A program made the translations under genes and the position numbers. A DNA stretch of 61,251 nucleotides, counting the filler, from Kipferlia bialata (taxonomy: Eukaryota): the NCBI GenBank assembly GCA_003568945.1. It is 3 parts of 3 records of this genome, joined end to end, with 100 filler letters (N's around TTAATTAATTAA, not from the genome) between each part and the next. Parts side by side here need not be neighbours in the genome. Positions count along the whole stretch, not along the records: positions 1 to 22,817 come from BDIP01000278.1; 2 more parts are not named here. One strand, given 5' to 3'. Positions within the stretch are counted from its first letter, which is position 1. Each line of letters begins with the position of its first letter. Below the pieces are notes generated by a model. That model worked only from the letters and a program-made list of their open reading frames with translations, did no database searches and was not told the DNA's origin. Of this stretch, positions 1 through 14,600 are shown piece after piece.

Positions 1-27
1 TCTCTCTCTCTCTCTCTGACCCCTCAG

Positions 28-1332
28 GAACGAGGCCCACAACAGTGAGCTCTCTGCTCTCAAGGCAGCCCTGGACGACGAGAGGGCTGAGGTATATAGA
101 ATATAAAATATATTATTTCATGTATAGTATAGTATATTAGTATAGTATATATCTGCCCTCAAGGCAGCCCTAGATGATGAGAGGGCCGAGGTAAAGTGAT
201 ATGTATATTTGTATAAGTAATGATATATCAATTATGAATGAATGGCATATGTACTCTTATATTTCATGGTATTTATTGCCTCTCAAGGGGGCCCTAGATG
301 ATGAGAGGGCCGAGGTATAGAGTATATGTATATTATACACATATATATATACTATATATATATATACTATATGTATATATATTTATCCACCCCTCACCTC
401 CAGATCCAGGCCGAGGCCGAGAGAGAGAGGGCCGAGGGAGAGGTCATGAGGCAGGAGTACGAGACTCAGGTATGTAGGGATATATATATATAAATATATA
501 TGGCGTCACTGTAACAGTGTATGTGTTGCTTACCATCTCTCTCTCTCTCTCTCTCTCTCTCTGACCCTTCAGGTCCGTGAGCGTTTCAACCTCCAGATGC
601 AGAGGGAGAGAGACAACCTCACTGCTGTCACCGACACACTCAGGTATGTTACTACTATATTCATATGTACATATATATATATATATGTATTATATCCTTA
701 TCTGTAGGCACCAGCTGGATGAGGAGGTATGATTAATGTATATATATATTCATATGTATGTACGATATCTAATATATGTCTAATATACAGGCACCAGCTG
801 GATGAGGAGAGAGAGGCCCTCCAGGCTGCCAGTGCCGAGGCAGAGAGGCAGATGAGACAGGAGGCCAGGGAGGAGGCAGAGACACTCAAGGCTGCCATGA
901 AGGTACAGAGTATACATGTTACATATATATATTTAAGAAGAGAGTGTGTGTGTATGTGTATATGTATATGAATACCTCTCACCCCAGGCCGAGCTGGCTG
1001 CCGAGGTCCAGAGGGTGGAGGCAGACCAGGAGAAGAGGGTCCAGGTATGTGTATGTGTATACATTGCTATAGATGAATATATATAGAGAATATATAGAGA
1101 ATATATATAGAGAGAGGGAGAGAGGGAGAGAGATTGTGTTCAGAGGGTGGAGGCAGACCAGGAGAAGAGGGTTCAGGCACTTAGATTCTCTAGTATTCGT
1201 AAATAGTTTTCTATATACCTGCATGTATATATAGTTAGTATTATCCTCATTCCAGGCCCACGAGGCCCAGTACGAGGCCCTTCTGGCCGCTGAGCAGGAG
1301 AGGGTCAGGAAGATGGAGGTCTCCAGGTAGGG

Positions 1333-1369
<37 letters not shown>

Positions 1370-1515
1370 ACACCCTTAATGCCAGGATTGAGTTTGAGGA
1401 GGCTGCTCTTGTCAAGGCCTCTGCTGCCGTTGCTGAGAAGCAGGAGGAGATGGACAGGGTGATGAGGCTCGAGAGAGAGAGCCTTAAGGCTCAGGCAGAG
1501 CAGGTATATATATAG

Positions 1516-1551
<36 letters not shown>

Positions 1552-1650
1552 AGCAGGAGGAGATGGATAGGGTGATGAGGCTGGAGAGAGAGTCTCTGAA
1601 GGCACAGGCCGAGCAGGTATATATATAGTATATCTATAGTATATCTATAG

Positions 1651-1684
<34 letters not shown>

Positions 1685-3282
1685 AGCAGGAGGAGATGGA
1701 CAGGGTGATGAGGCTGGAGAGGGANNAGAGAGAGAGAGAAGCAGGAGGAGATGGACAGGGTGATGAGGCTGGAGAGGGAGTCTCTGAAGGCACAGGCCGA
1801 GCAGGTATAGTGTATGTATATATATATATATAGAGAGAGAGGGGGGGGGGAGAGAGAGAGAGAGAGAAGTAGGAGATGGACAGGGTGATGAGGCTGGAGA
1901 GGGAGAGCCTCAAGGCACAGGCAGAGCAGGTATGTACTGATATATATGAGACATATGTATTAGTTTCTCTGTATATCTGTAATCTGTATATTATAGTATA
2001 CTTATGTCCCAGGACCAGGCTGCTGCCCGCCAGTCCGTTTATATTGTAAATGATGTGATAGTATTAATGTATAATTGTGTATATATTGTATTTAGTGTAT
2101 ATACTTATCCCAGGACCAGGCCGCTGCCCGCCAGTCCACATACAATTAGTTGATTGTATATATATACATATATACATTTGTATATACACTGTACTATGTA
2201 TGTATATATATATTCACTTATCCCAGGACCAGGCCGCTGCCCGCCAGTCCATCGCCGAGGCCCAGCAGAGAGGCAGGGAGGTGGAGGACGAGATCAGGTA
2301 TAGATATGTATTTATTATACACTCTATAGAGAATGTGTATATATATATGTATATATATATATACAGAGAGAGAGAGTGAGAGCTAGAGAGGCAGGGAGGT
2401 GGAGGACGAGATCAGGTTGAGATGTATATATTAAATAATATATATATAGAGAGAGTGTGTATATGTATATATATGAATGGAGAGAGAGAGAGAGCCAGAG
2501 AGAGCTAGAGAGGCAGGGAGGTGGAGGACGAGATCAGGTAGAGATGTATATATTATTCACTCTATAGAGAATGTGTTTATGTGTATATGTATATTTATGT
2601 GTGTGTGTGTGTGTGTGTCTAACCCCTCAGGATGCGCTACTCCCAGCTCCTGTCCCAGGCTGAGCACAGGGCCCAGCAGGCTATTCAGAAGAGGGTCGAG
2701 CAGGATAGGTGTATATATATATATATATATATATACATATGTGTATATGTGTATGAATCTATATACACACTTTGTCCAAGCGCAATACCTACTTCCCCCC
2801 CCCCCCCATCTCTCTCAATGTGTATATGTACCTAACCCCCTAGGCTTGAGTGGGCCAAGCGTGAGGCTGCTGCCCAGGAGAGTGAGGCAGAGCTCGACAG
2901 CCAGAGACAGGTCTACGAGCAGGAGACTAAGGAGAGATACGAGGGTATGGATTTCTAATATACATTGTTTTATGTGAATATATTATACTCCCTCACCCCC
3001 AGCCATGCTTGCCGATGTCAAGAGGCATTTAGAGCATTATATTCAACTACATAGATATATATAGTGTGTATAGTATCACCCTCACCCCCAGCCATGCTGG
3101 CTGATGTCAAGAGGCAGTCCCAGGACAAGTGGAGGAGGGAGCAGACCAGGTATATATGTATATACACACACTGCCTGGCAACATATATACATATATGTGC
3201 ATTTGTATTTGCATATGTTCTCACCCCCAGGCACGACGCCGCCCTCCTTGCCGAGAGGCAGAGCCTGGCAGTCCAGATCCAG

Positions 3283-3321
<39 letters not shown>

Positions 3322-4325
3322 ACAACCATACTCCCCTGAGACTATTCCTTTACATTATTGATTAACACTTTCTATTACTTCTCTCTCTCCCTCTACACCC
3401 TTATTCCCCAGGAGATGGAGCAGGAGAGGTCTGCCAACGAGCACATGCTCAGGGGACAGCAGAGAGAGGCACTGGCTGCTCAGAGGTACATACATCATTG
3501 AGTGTATAGAGAAACCATATTATTGTCCATTATTGAAGTTTATTTTGTACATTTGAGACATATGTATATGTCTCATATCATCCCCTTACCCCCAGGGCCC
3601 AGCACGACGCCCTGATCGCCAACGAGAGAGAGAGGCTGGAGGCTGAGAGGGAGAAGATGAAGACTGCGGCCAGGTATGCTTATGTATGTATATATCACCT
3701 CCTATCGCGAGAACGCACTCTCCCTTGCCGCAGGGATTTCTTATAACTATATATATACACTATGTCTCTTATTATGTCTTACCTCCCAGCGAGCGCGAGC
3801 ACGCCTTGTCCCTGGCTGCCATAGAGAGAGAGAGAGAGATCAGGGCTGAGGTGGACGCCCAGACAGAGGTCTACAAGAAGCAGACCCAGGTAATGAGGCA
3901 TACTCTCTGTCTCTCTCTTCACCCTTCATTAGTGCCTACTATACTGTACATACTCTCTCTCTCTCTCTCTCTACACCCCTGATACCTAGGCCCAGCAGGC
4001 TGTGCGTGTTGCTGCCCCCCCTCCCTCCTCTCTCTCTATTTGTATATATAGTATATACAAATAGTATATACATACCCTTACTCTAGGCCCAGCAGGCTGT
4101 GCGTGTTGCTGCCCTTGAGGCTGAGTACAAGGAGAGGGCACAGGCACAGGCAGAGACTGAGCACCAGAGGGTATGTGTATGTGTACTATATACATAAACT
4201 AATACACAAACTAATACATATACTATGATATATATATGGTATGATATATATAGAGAGGGCGCAGGTCCAGGCAGAGACTGAGCACCAGAGGGTACGTGTT
4301 TTCATACTGCTCTTTAAGGAGAATA

Positions 4326-4359
<34 letters not shown>

Positions 4360-5091
4360 TTATATACTCTACACCAACCCCCAGGCCCAGGCCTATGCCG
4401 CCAAGGAGACTACTCTCTCTCTCTCTCTCTCTCTCTATACTAATATCCCAGGCCCAGGCCCATGCCGCCAAGGAGACTACTCTCTCTCCCTATATATAAT
4501 ATTTATATACTAACCCCTAGGCCCAGGCCTATGCCGCCAAGGAGACTGCCCTCAGGGCAGAGCTCAGACAGGCAGAGACAGAGGCCACGGCCAAGAACGC
4601 ATCTCTGGTATGGACTATGTATATATATATATGTATTAGTAAATAAATAAATATCTTTGAATTTGAGAATTTGTATATTTATATATATTTAGATTGAGTG
4701 TATATATCAGAGACAGAGGCCACGGCCAAGAACGCATCTCTGGTACGATGTCTCTCTCTCTCTCTCTTCTCCCTCTCTATTCATATCTGCAGGTCTATAT
4801 ATATATAATATTTATATATATGGCTCTAACCACCTAGATTGCTGACGAGCGTGCCCGCCTTGACCAGGAGAGGAAGGTCATGGCCAAGCAGGCAGAGGAG
4901 GCAGCAAAGGGTAAGTAGATGCATACATTGCCCCCCCCTGTCTATGTATATATGCTATAGGTATGCGTGTACCCCATCTCACACTCCAGAGGTGCAGAGG
5001 CTGGCAGATGAGAGTGTCAGGGAGAGAGAGAGAGAGCTCGAGAGGACCAGGAAGAACCTCCAGGTCAGGGTGGTTATTGTTCCTATATTCG

Positions 5092-5122
<31 letters not shown>

Positions 5123-7644
5123 CTAGGCTGCCCTCACCACTTCTAGACAGGACATGGACAAGGAGTTCTCGGCCAAGAGAGACGCACTGGCCAGGTATAT
5201 AGCACAATGTGTTCCTCCCCCCACCCCTTAGTGCCTTACAATACTGATTATCACTCTTATATATGCCCTCCCTCACCCTTGGGAGCACACTGCCCAGCAG
5301 CAGCATATCCATGCACATACCCCAACATATATATATACTAGTCTATGTAGATATATAGATACACTGGGGTCTCTAACCCTCTAGGGAGCACACTGCCGAG
5401 CAGCAGCAGATGCTGGACAGTACCATCACAATATAGAATATATATATACATATTCATATACACTCATATATACACTCATATATACATACTCACCACAGGG
5501 AGCACACTGCCCAGCAGCAGCAGATGCTGGACAGGGCAAGGCAGTCCGAGGAGGCAGCCCAGCACAAGTGAGTATTATATATACACATACATACACACAT
5601 ACACATATATATATATAGAGAGAGAGAGGGAGAGAGAGAGAGCAAGGCAGTCGGAGGAGGCAGCCCAGCAGAAGTGAGTGGTATTACATATATATATTTG
5701 TATACGTGTAGTTAAGTATGAACCCCTGCTCACCCCAGGTACGAGACCCTTACTGCCGAGACCCAGCACGCACACGCAGAGGTACATACACACACTATAT
5801 ATATATATATATATCAGTAAGTATATGTCGCACTCTGAGTATATATCTAACCACTAGGAGATGCGTACCCTTGCCGACGAGAGGGAGAAGGAGAGAGACG
5901 CACTCCACGCCGCAGCTAGGTATGGTGGATATTCTACAATTCTCTCTCTGTGTGTGTATCTCCCTCTCCCTCTTTCTACCCCCTTATTCCAGGGAGAGCG
6001 AGGCTAGCCACAGGCTGGCTCTCACACGTGCCGAGGACGCTGCTAGGTATATATAGACTATATGTATAGGGTACTGTAATGCATCTTGTCCACCCTCCAA
6101 ATTCTCTCATACATTTGTGTCTTTTATAATTTCATTCTCACTCTTAGGGAGCGCTATGCTGCCCAGCTACATTGTACACACTATACCCACATATATGTAG
6201 TATCCCGCTCTCTCTGTATATGTATGACACTGTCCCCTCACTGTTAGGGAGCGCTATGCGGCCCAGCTAGATTGTGGACACTGTACTGATAGTTATATAC
6301 ATTGCATATCTCTCTATATATGTATATTACACTGTCATCTCACTGCTAGGGAGCGCTATGCTGCCCAGCTTGCCGAGACCCGCACCCTACTCATGCAGGA
6401 GCAGGAGGCGGTGAGGAGACAGGTATGCATTCGTCTCTCTTACACTATATACTCCGGCCATGGCTTCTTCTATTATCAGTTCTAACACCCCAGGATTCCC
6501 TCGACCATGCCGGTGTGATCCGTGTGCTTGAGCAGAAGCAGAGGGCCGAGATTGAGGGTATCAAGACTGAGGCACACGCTGCACTGGAGAAGAAGTTCCA
6601 GGTATAGTTTGTATGCATACTCCCCCCTCCCATCTCCAACCACCGCTTTACCCTATAGGAGCGCGAGGCCGAGCTTGTTGCCCTGCACACTGCCCAGACA
6701 GCCAAGGCAGAGGCCGCAGCTGAGACCATTCTCAAGGAGAGGTGAGGAAGACATGTATAAACCATGTTGTTCATTCAACACTCTCCAATTATTTGTATTA
6801 GTCTCACCCCCAGGTCCCTCCAGTCTGACACCCTCCTTATCTATATATTATACTTACNNNNNNNNNNNNNNNNNNNNNNNNNNNNNNNNNNNNATCTATA
6901 TATTATACTTACTATACTTACTATTCTTACTATACTTACTGTATATACCTGACTTGTACCTCACCCCCAGGTCCCTCCAGTCTGACACCCTTCTGGCCCA
7001 GGCCAGGAGGGAGAGTGAGGAGAGGGAGAGACTGCTCAGGGAGGACTGCGACGAGAGGCTCAGCCTCGTGCAGCAGGTGTGTATATACTGTATATGTATA
7101 TATATATACTCTCTCTCTCTCTCTCCCTTACCTTCAGGATGCCGCCCAGCAGATGGATGCCCTCAAGGCCACCCTCCAGCAGGTATCAGACTGTTTCTCT
7201 CTCTTTCTCTCTCTCTCTCTATATATATATATCAGAGTGTATATACGTCTTCCCCTTACTCTCTCTCTCTCTCTTTTCCTCTCTCTCTCTATGTATGTGT
7301 ATATATCTATATGTATATATCTATGTATATATGTCTCACCCCCTAGGAGAGGCAGGCCCTGGTGTCCGAGAACACCGCTGCTATTGCAAAGGCACAGAGA
7401 CAGGTGTGGTATCTAATATACACATATATATACACTCCTATGAATGTGTATACTTACTATGTGTTTAGGTTTGACTCACCCCCCAGGTCACCCAGACCCA
7501 GTCCGACATCCAGTCCAAATATTACTTATACATATATTCTCTCTCTCTCTCTCTCTTCCTGTATATATGTATATATGTGTATATATATGTACTCACCCCC
7601 TAGGTCACCCAGACCCAGTCCAAATAGTACTTATACATATCTAT

Positions 7645-7680
<36 letters not shown>

Positions 7681-8881
7681 CTAATACTCTACTTACCCTA
7701 CAGGTCACCCAGACCCAGTCCGACATCCAGTCCAAGTACGACGCCCTCGCAGACACACTCAGGTGAGGGTCATACTCTCTCTCTCTCTCTTCCCCCACCC
7801 CCTCCCTATTCTCTAGGTATTTGTATATATATATATCCTTACCCCCAGGTCCGACCTTGAGGTTGAGAGACAGCGCATCATGCAGGACCACCAGGTACTA
7901 ACACATCTGTATACATATATATATACTGTATACATATATATATACTGTATACATATATATATATACTATATATACTATATATATACACATACAGGTATAT
8001 AATTATTGTGTATTACTGTATGTGTACTATTAGGGAGACAGCGCATCATGCAGGACTACCAGGTACTTGGTAGTTGTATACATATATTGTATGTCTATAT
8101 GACAGTGTGTGTGTGTTACTATCTTCCTAGGACCGTGTTGCCCTCAACCGGCAATCATATGAGTTGATGTCTCAATATATATGGTTACATCCTATCTAAT
8201 TCGTAGGACCGTGTAGCCCTGAACCAGAAGGCCAGGCAGGAGTACGAGGCACAGCTCAGGGCCAAGTACCTGGCACTGCAGCAGCAGTTCAAGCAGCAGG
8301 TATAGCATCTCATTGCATAGTATATATATAGTATATATAGCAGGATATATATATATATATATATATATACTTACAGTAGGGCGAGCAGGAGGTGGACAGG
8401 GCCAGACAGCAGCTGGATGCACAGAGACTGTCACTGGAGGCAGAGAGGACAGCCTTCATGCAGAGGTATAGAATATATAGTGAATATAGTGGATATGTAA
8501 TTGTATGTATACGTCCCATCTTACCCCTAGGACCCACGAGCAGCTCACCAAGGAGTACGCTGCCAAGGAGGAGTCCCTCAGGGAGAGCCTCAAGGTACAT
8601 ATATGTATAAGTATATATACATATGTTTATGTAGTGTCTATTATTTATATGTATAGACCTCCCCCCCTCACCCCTAGGCCGAGGAGCAGCACCTGGACGA
8701 GAGAGAGGCAGAGCGTCGTGCCGCCATTGAGGTATCTCTCTCTCTATGTATATGTATATATGTCAGTGTCTCTCACCGAGGCTTAGCGCGGGGCCATGTG
8801 TGTATCCAATACTCTCTCCCTCTCTCTCTCTCTCTATATATATATATACTGCTTACCCCTAGGCTGAGCGCGAGGCCATGC
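28..8881 (+). CDS. Long E/Q/R/A-rich coiled-coil protein (multi-exon, 5' end outside the window); apparently continues in frame into 8944-16439
   Basis: Many short GC-rich exons bounded by (C/T)AG and GT translate into heptad-like sequence, e.g. 28-91 NEAHNSELSALKAALDDERAE and ...EKQEEMDRVMRLERESLKAQAEQ ending at 1503. The introns are microsatellite-rich and contain partial exon copies. Confidence 0.85.
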
Positions 8882-8889
8882 GTATATCC

Positions 8890-8934
<45 letters not shown>

Positions 8935-8943
8935 TCACATCAG

Positions 8944-11631
8944 GTCCCTACTTCCTCGAGATCATCCCCTGCCAGGAGTTCGCTGTGCAGGGCCATGTAG
9001 AGAAGGAGAACACAGGTACTGCTACTCCATCACTTGTCACATTGGCATGCTACTCGATTGCTCACCCCCAGGCCAGGACCTCGAGGGCGTGCAGGTCAGG
9101 GCCTTCCCCGTGGCCTCCCTCATCCCCCTCGCCACCACCTTCACTGGTGAGTCTCTCTGTCTCTCTCTCCTTTGACTATTGATGACTGCTATTGACTATC
9201 ACTGACCCCCAGATGCTAACGGTGACTACTTCCTCGACCTCATTGACGATGCCGGTCTCTACGGCACCCTCAGGATGGAGTATGTCAAGACAGGATTCGT
9301 CACAAAGGTATAGCCCCCACCCCTCTCTCTCTCTCTCTCTGTGTCTTTACCTCCTATATATTCACACACCTTCTCACCCTAGGATGTCATCATCGACGTC
9401 CCTGAGTGCGGCCTCCTCAACGTCGACGTCGACCTTGTTGTCCTCCCCGATGAGGTACCCGCTGCTCTTGTATCGTGTAGTGCACATATCTATTGTCTTG
9501 TGCCTATTTATGTATCATCTGCCTCTCACCCCTTAGGTCATTGAGCTCGACCTCACCTTCGTGTGCGAGAACGACGGCCTCCCCATGGGACCAGGTAACA
9601 TATACTAAGGGTATAGCAGTGGGTATTGAATGTGTGTAGCTAGTATGGCAGTGACTGACCCCCAGGCTGCGAGGTCACTGTGTGTGTTCCCAGCTTCATC
9701 CCCGAGATCGAGTGCGACTACGTCGTGGCTCAGGTAACTCACTGTATCGTGTAGGATAGCCCCTCTCCCTTCTCTCACACCCAGGGTGAGACTGACATGT
9801 ACGGCAAGGTCACCTTCGACCTCCCTGCCTCCCTCGGCGAGGTTGTACTTGTCACAATCGAGCCCTGCGACCCCTTCACTGACCAGGAGCCAGGTACACA
9901 CCCTCACAATCCTAACAGTCCTAACACTTGCTATTCTCTACGCGGTTGTCTTTGCTCACCCTCAGAGATGGGCACCCTTGTCGGCCTCCCCCCCGTGGGC
10001 TCTGTCGAGAAGACCATCTATATCCGCTGTGACACCATCTTCCTCCACGGCTGCGTCAAGTCCAACGTCGACGGACGCCCTCTCGTCAGGTACATACAGT
10101 GTATATAGTATGAATACTATATATACTATATATACCGATGCTGATGCTAACTGTCAGGGCTGAGGTCTGCGCCACCTGCGAGCCCGATGTGTGCACCTAC
10201 ACCGACTGCGACGGCATGTACTGGCTGGACCTGGACACCTGTGCCGAGAGGGGTGACCAGATCGAGGTATATACATACTCAGCTTGTCACTATTGTGTAC
10301 TGACATGTACTGACGTGTAGGTCACTGCCTCCTACGAGGGCCACACCACCGTCACCACCGTGTTCAGGACAGACCCCAACGAGATGGAGAACGAGCTCTG
10401 CTTCTGCCTCGACTGCGAGTTCCGCGGTACGTGTACCTTACTGGTACCTATATCCAAATGTCTATTTAGAATATACTGCTACAACTAGCTTCTTACGCTT
10501 AGGTATCCGTGGACTGGTGCTTGACCACGTCACCGAGGAGCCCGTCGAGGAGGGCAAGGTACATTAGTATGTACATACATCAATCGATTGATGACCTCTA
10601 ATCAATTGATCGATGGTGGTCTCTAATCAATCAGGTCAAGCTCTACAACGAGGAGACCCACAAGTTCATCTCCAAGACCTACCTCAACGAGGACGGCACC
10701 TTCGAGCTCGAGGTACCAGCTATATACGCATCGTGTAGTAAGTATCGACGTGTAGAGACTCATGCCAGATCCCCGACTGGGTTGAGCCCGACACCGAGCT
10801 CAGGGCTGTGGTCTATGCCTACAACTACGAGTCCCAGCACTGGCACTTCGACGCACCCTTCTGCGGCGCCCTCTACTACAGGTACCCTCTCCCTCTATAT
10901 TCAGACTCTACACGATTGTGGGCATACTGTACTGACGCCAGGTTCGAGCTCCGCTGCAACTACATCCGCCTCTGTGTGACACTGACTGACGAGAACGAGG
11001 ACCCCCTCAAGGGCCTGCCCATCAGGCTGCTCACAGACACCCAGGTATAGTGCACACATCCTACACGATTGCCCTCTAGTGTAGTACCTCTAGTACCTCT
11101 AGTACCTCTAGGCTTACCCCTAGGAGTGGATCGACTTTGACTACGACGGCCACCACTGCACCAACTGCCGCGGCAAGGTCAGTATTTAGTAGTGAGTAGT
11201 ATCTATACGTATATCTACTGTTTCTCATACAAGGTCTGCCACATGTTGCCCCCTGACCTCAACGGACATGTCGTGGATGTGCTCGCCCAGCGCGGTGTCA
11301 CCCCCTGCTACGAGCTCGACCCCATCCAGGTACTCCCACTACTATATAGGTATCGTGTAGAGTAGGACCTGACATCCAGGGCGGCCCAGGCATGGGATGC
11401 GACGTCAACCCCTGCATCTACCCCCTCGACGATGAGAACACTATCAGCATTACCCCCGGCTTCCTCGGAGACGGCGATGAGACCTACAGGTACACACGAT
11501 GGCTGCAGTATATTGTCATACACGATTGGTGGCGTAGTATTTAGAGGCTCACTCTAGGCGCGACTACCCCGACTGTGGTCACCACGACAACATGGGCGGA
11601 CACTGCCTCGACCTTGAGGTACATTACTCCT

Positions 11632-11665
<34 letters not shown>

Positions 11666-14600
11666 ATTGTCAGGAGACAGAGGAGATCTTCTTCTGCACT
11701 GAGCTTGGCGAGTCCCTCTACCTCGAGTGCGGCTGCAACGACATCACCCTCAGGTAGCTACCCTACTCTTAACTCCCCGTGTAGTAACCCTTCCTCACCC
11801 CAGCTCCAAGGACTGCACCTCCCAGGACGACTGGCAGACTGACTTCACCTTCACTGTCTACGACGCTGTCTCTGGAGAGCCCATCAAGGGTGCCACCATC
11901 AACATCTCCAGGTACCATCACGACATTACTTACTACACGATATTGAATGCTACTCACACTCCAGGATCGAGCCCGAGTACGCTCCCCTCACCCCTCTCGC
12001 CAGTGGCATCACTGACGACTTCGGTGTCTACGACGGTATCGTCCCCACCTTCACCAACATCATCGAGCTCGGAGACTACGTCTTCATCGAGGTTCGTGTA
12101 GATTCTATGTTACACATACAATCTACCCGATGGCATCTAACCCCCAGGTTGTTGCTGAGAACTACTACGAGCAGGTCACCACCATGTACTTCCCCGAGGG
12201 CTGTGCTAACCTGTTCCGCAAGTTCTACATGACATGCTGCGACACCCACGCCACTGGAAGGGTCATCGACGAGCACGGCCTGCCTGTGCCCTTCGCTGAG
12301 GTACTATCAACCGTGGCATACCTATATATGGTGTCTACCGTTTGCCTCACTCCAGATCATTGCCTGGAGCGCTGATGTCTCAATGGACGTTGACTACGGC
12401 TTCTGGAGCGGACCCCAGGTCGCCAAGGAGCTCGGCCACGCCTACGGTGGTGAGTTCGCATTCACACTCCTATTCTTTCCTTGTTGATATTACTGATGTA
12501 TACCCTCGCTCTGTTCCTCACCCTTCAGCCCTTGACGGAACCTTCAACATCACCATGATCGGCCTTGACGACGACGAGTTCTGGCTGACTGTGAAGGACA
12601 TCGACGGCGGCCCAATGAAGCCTTACCGTGCCATCGCAGGTCCCTTCTACGCCATCTGCGGAGGTGTTGTGGTTGGCGACATCGAGGTCGAGTGCACTGA
12701 CTTCAAGCAGGAGTTCCAGTACGTCGACCGCTACGGCAACGGCGTGGGTGACCTTCCCTACAAGGTACGTGACCATCATATTGACCGACAGCCCCCCCCA
12801 CTCATGTATACATACTCTAACGACAAGGGCTTCGAGACCTCCTCTGGTGACGTCATCAAGTATGCCGCCACCACCGACTGCGACTGCGACGACTACTGTG
12901 ACGACTACTACTGCAAGGAGGGATACGGCTGCATGTCAGCCGGACCCAAGGAGGAGTGCGCCTTCCCTCTTGGCGAGTACTGTCTTGAGACTGGGTTCCC
13001 TATCCCCACCTTCCCTGGACCATGCGGACTCGGGGTACGTGTTGACTATATATTCACGTTCCGTATCGTGTAGGTTCCTCACCCCAGCCATGCTGCCCTC
13101 ACTGCCCATGGGACTGGGAGGACCCTCTCAACCTGCACGACAAGTGCCAGTACGAGCCCACCCTCTACTGCTTCGACAACGACTGCGAGTGCCCAGGCAG
13201 GGAGGACAAGGAGCTCTACGTTCCCTGCAAGGGCACTAGCATCAACGGCTTCGTCGTTGACCACGATGGCTACCCCGCCCAGTACAAGCGTGTTGAGATC
13301 AGGGACAAGAACGATGTGCTCATCAAGACCGCCGAGACTGGCGAGTACGGCACATACTTCGTGGACCTGCCCCATGACGCTGACACCTGGCCCTACGTCC
13401 AGATCATCGTGTGGGACGACTGCCCTTGCGACCTCGACTGCAAGAACTACTGCGTCGACCTTGTCTAGTACGTGTTGTGTCTACGTATTCTACACGATAA
13501 TGATCCTTCTCACCTCAGCCTCCACTGCGGCATCAACTGCGTCGAGACCGAGCTGAGCGACGACGTTGACATCTACGTCTTCGTTGACTTTGCTGACGGC
13601 ACACACGACTTCGATGACGTCAAGGTCGCCATCTACGAGGTATGTTGCGCAACATGTTCCCTACACGATTGTTCTGTCTTTGATACTCACCCTTAGGATG
13701 ACTACTGCGCCAAGCCTGTCTGTGCCAAGACATACGTTGAGTGCTATGGCGGGTACTACGTAGCCAAGTTTACCATCGACGGCAGCCTCAAGCGCTCTGA
13801 CGTACGTATGCATTGTATTTACATCCTCTAACAGTACCTAATTGCTACTCGATGTTCCTCTCACCCTAGCTCTGGGTCAAGGTGGAGAACAAGGACTGCT
13901 ACCCCAACTACAACGAGTCCAAGGAGAGGATCGCTATTCCCCCCTGCGGCGATGTTGTGCACCACCAGACCATCTACTGCGAGTGGAGCAAGCTTGTGGT
14001 ACGTATCTTGTTACAATATATTCCCTACACGATAGCATCTCTCACACCCAGATCAACGTCTCTGACTACTACCACCCTGAGGAGCCAGTTGACCCTGCCT
14101 ACTACGGATACTGTGAGGGCGACCATGACAAGTACGACTGCGACCTCTGCGATGGCGCCGACACCACCCCCTTCATGGTCGACGGTGTGGTTCCCGTTGG
14201 CGATGTTGAGGTTGACGCCGAGGCCGAGGACGACGACGACGACGAGGACATGGTTATCTCGTATGAGACCTACGACGGACGCAAGCCTGGATACGACGGC
14301 AAGGGAGGCCACAAGGGTAAGGGCGGCAAGAGCAAGGGCGGACACCACCACCACCACTACGGAAGGCCAGTCTTTGGCGCCACCGTTGAGCTCATCGTCG
14401 ACGGCGTCGTCATGCAGACTGAGGTGGGTTGAGCACTAGTGAGGCTATCGCGTAATTCTTGTTGTTTGTATACTGACGTCAGATCACCGAGCTCGAGGAC
14501 GACCGCCACTACCACCACGGACACGGCAAGGGCCACAGCAAGGGCGACAAGGGCGACAAGGGCGACAAGGGCGGCTGCCACGGACCCAAGTGCGAGAAGA

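Noticed and set aside
698..8800. Numerous ORF-track proteins rich in YI/SL/RE/CV dipeptides (also at 45800-59400)
   Set aside because: These are translations of (TA)n, (CT)n and (TG)n intron microsatellites or antisense shadows of real exons.
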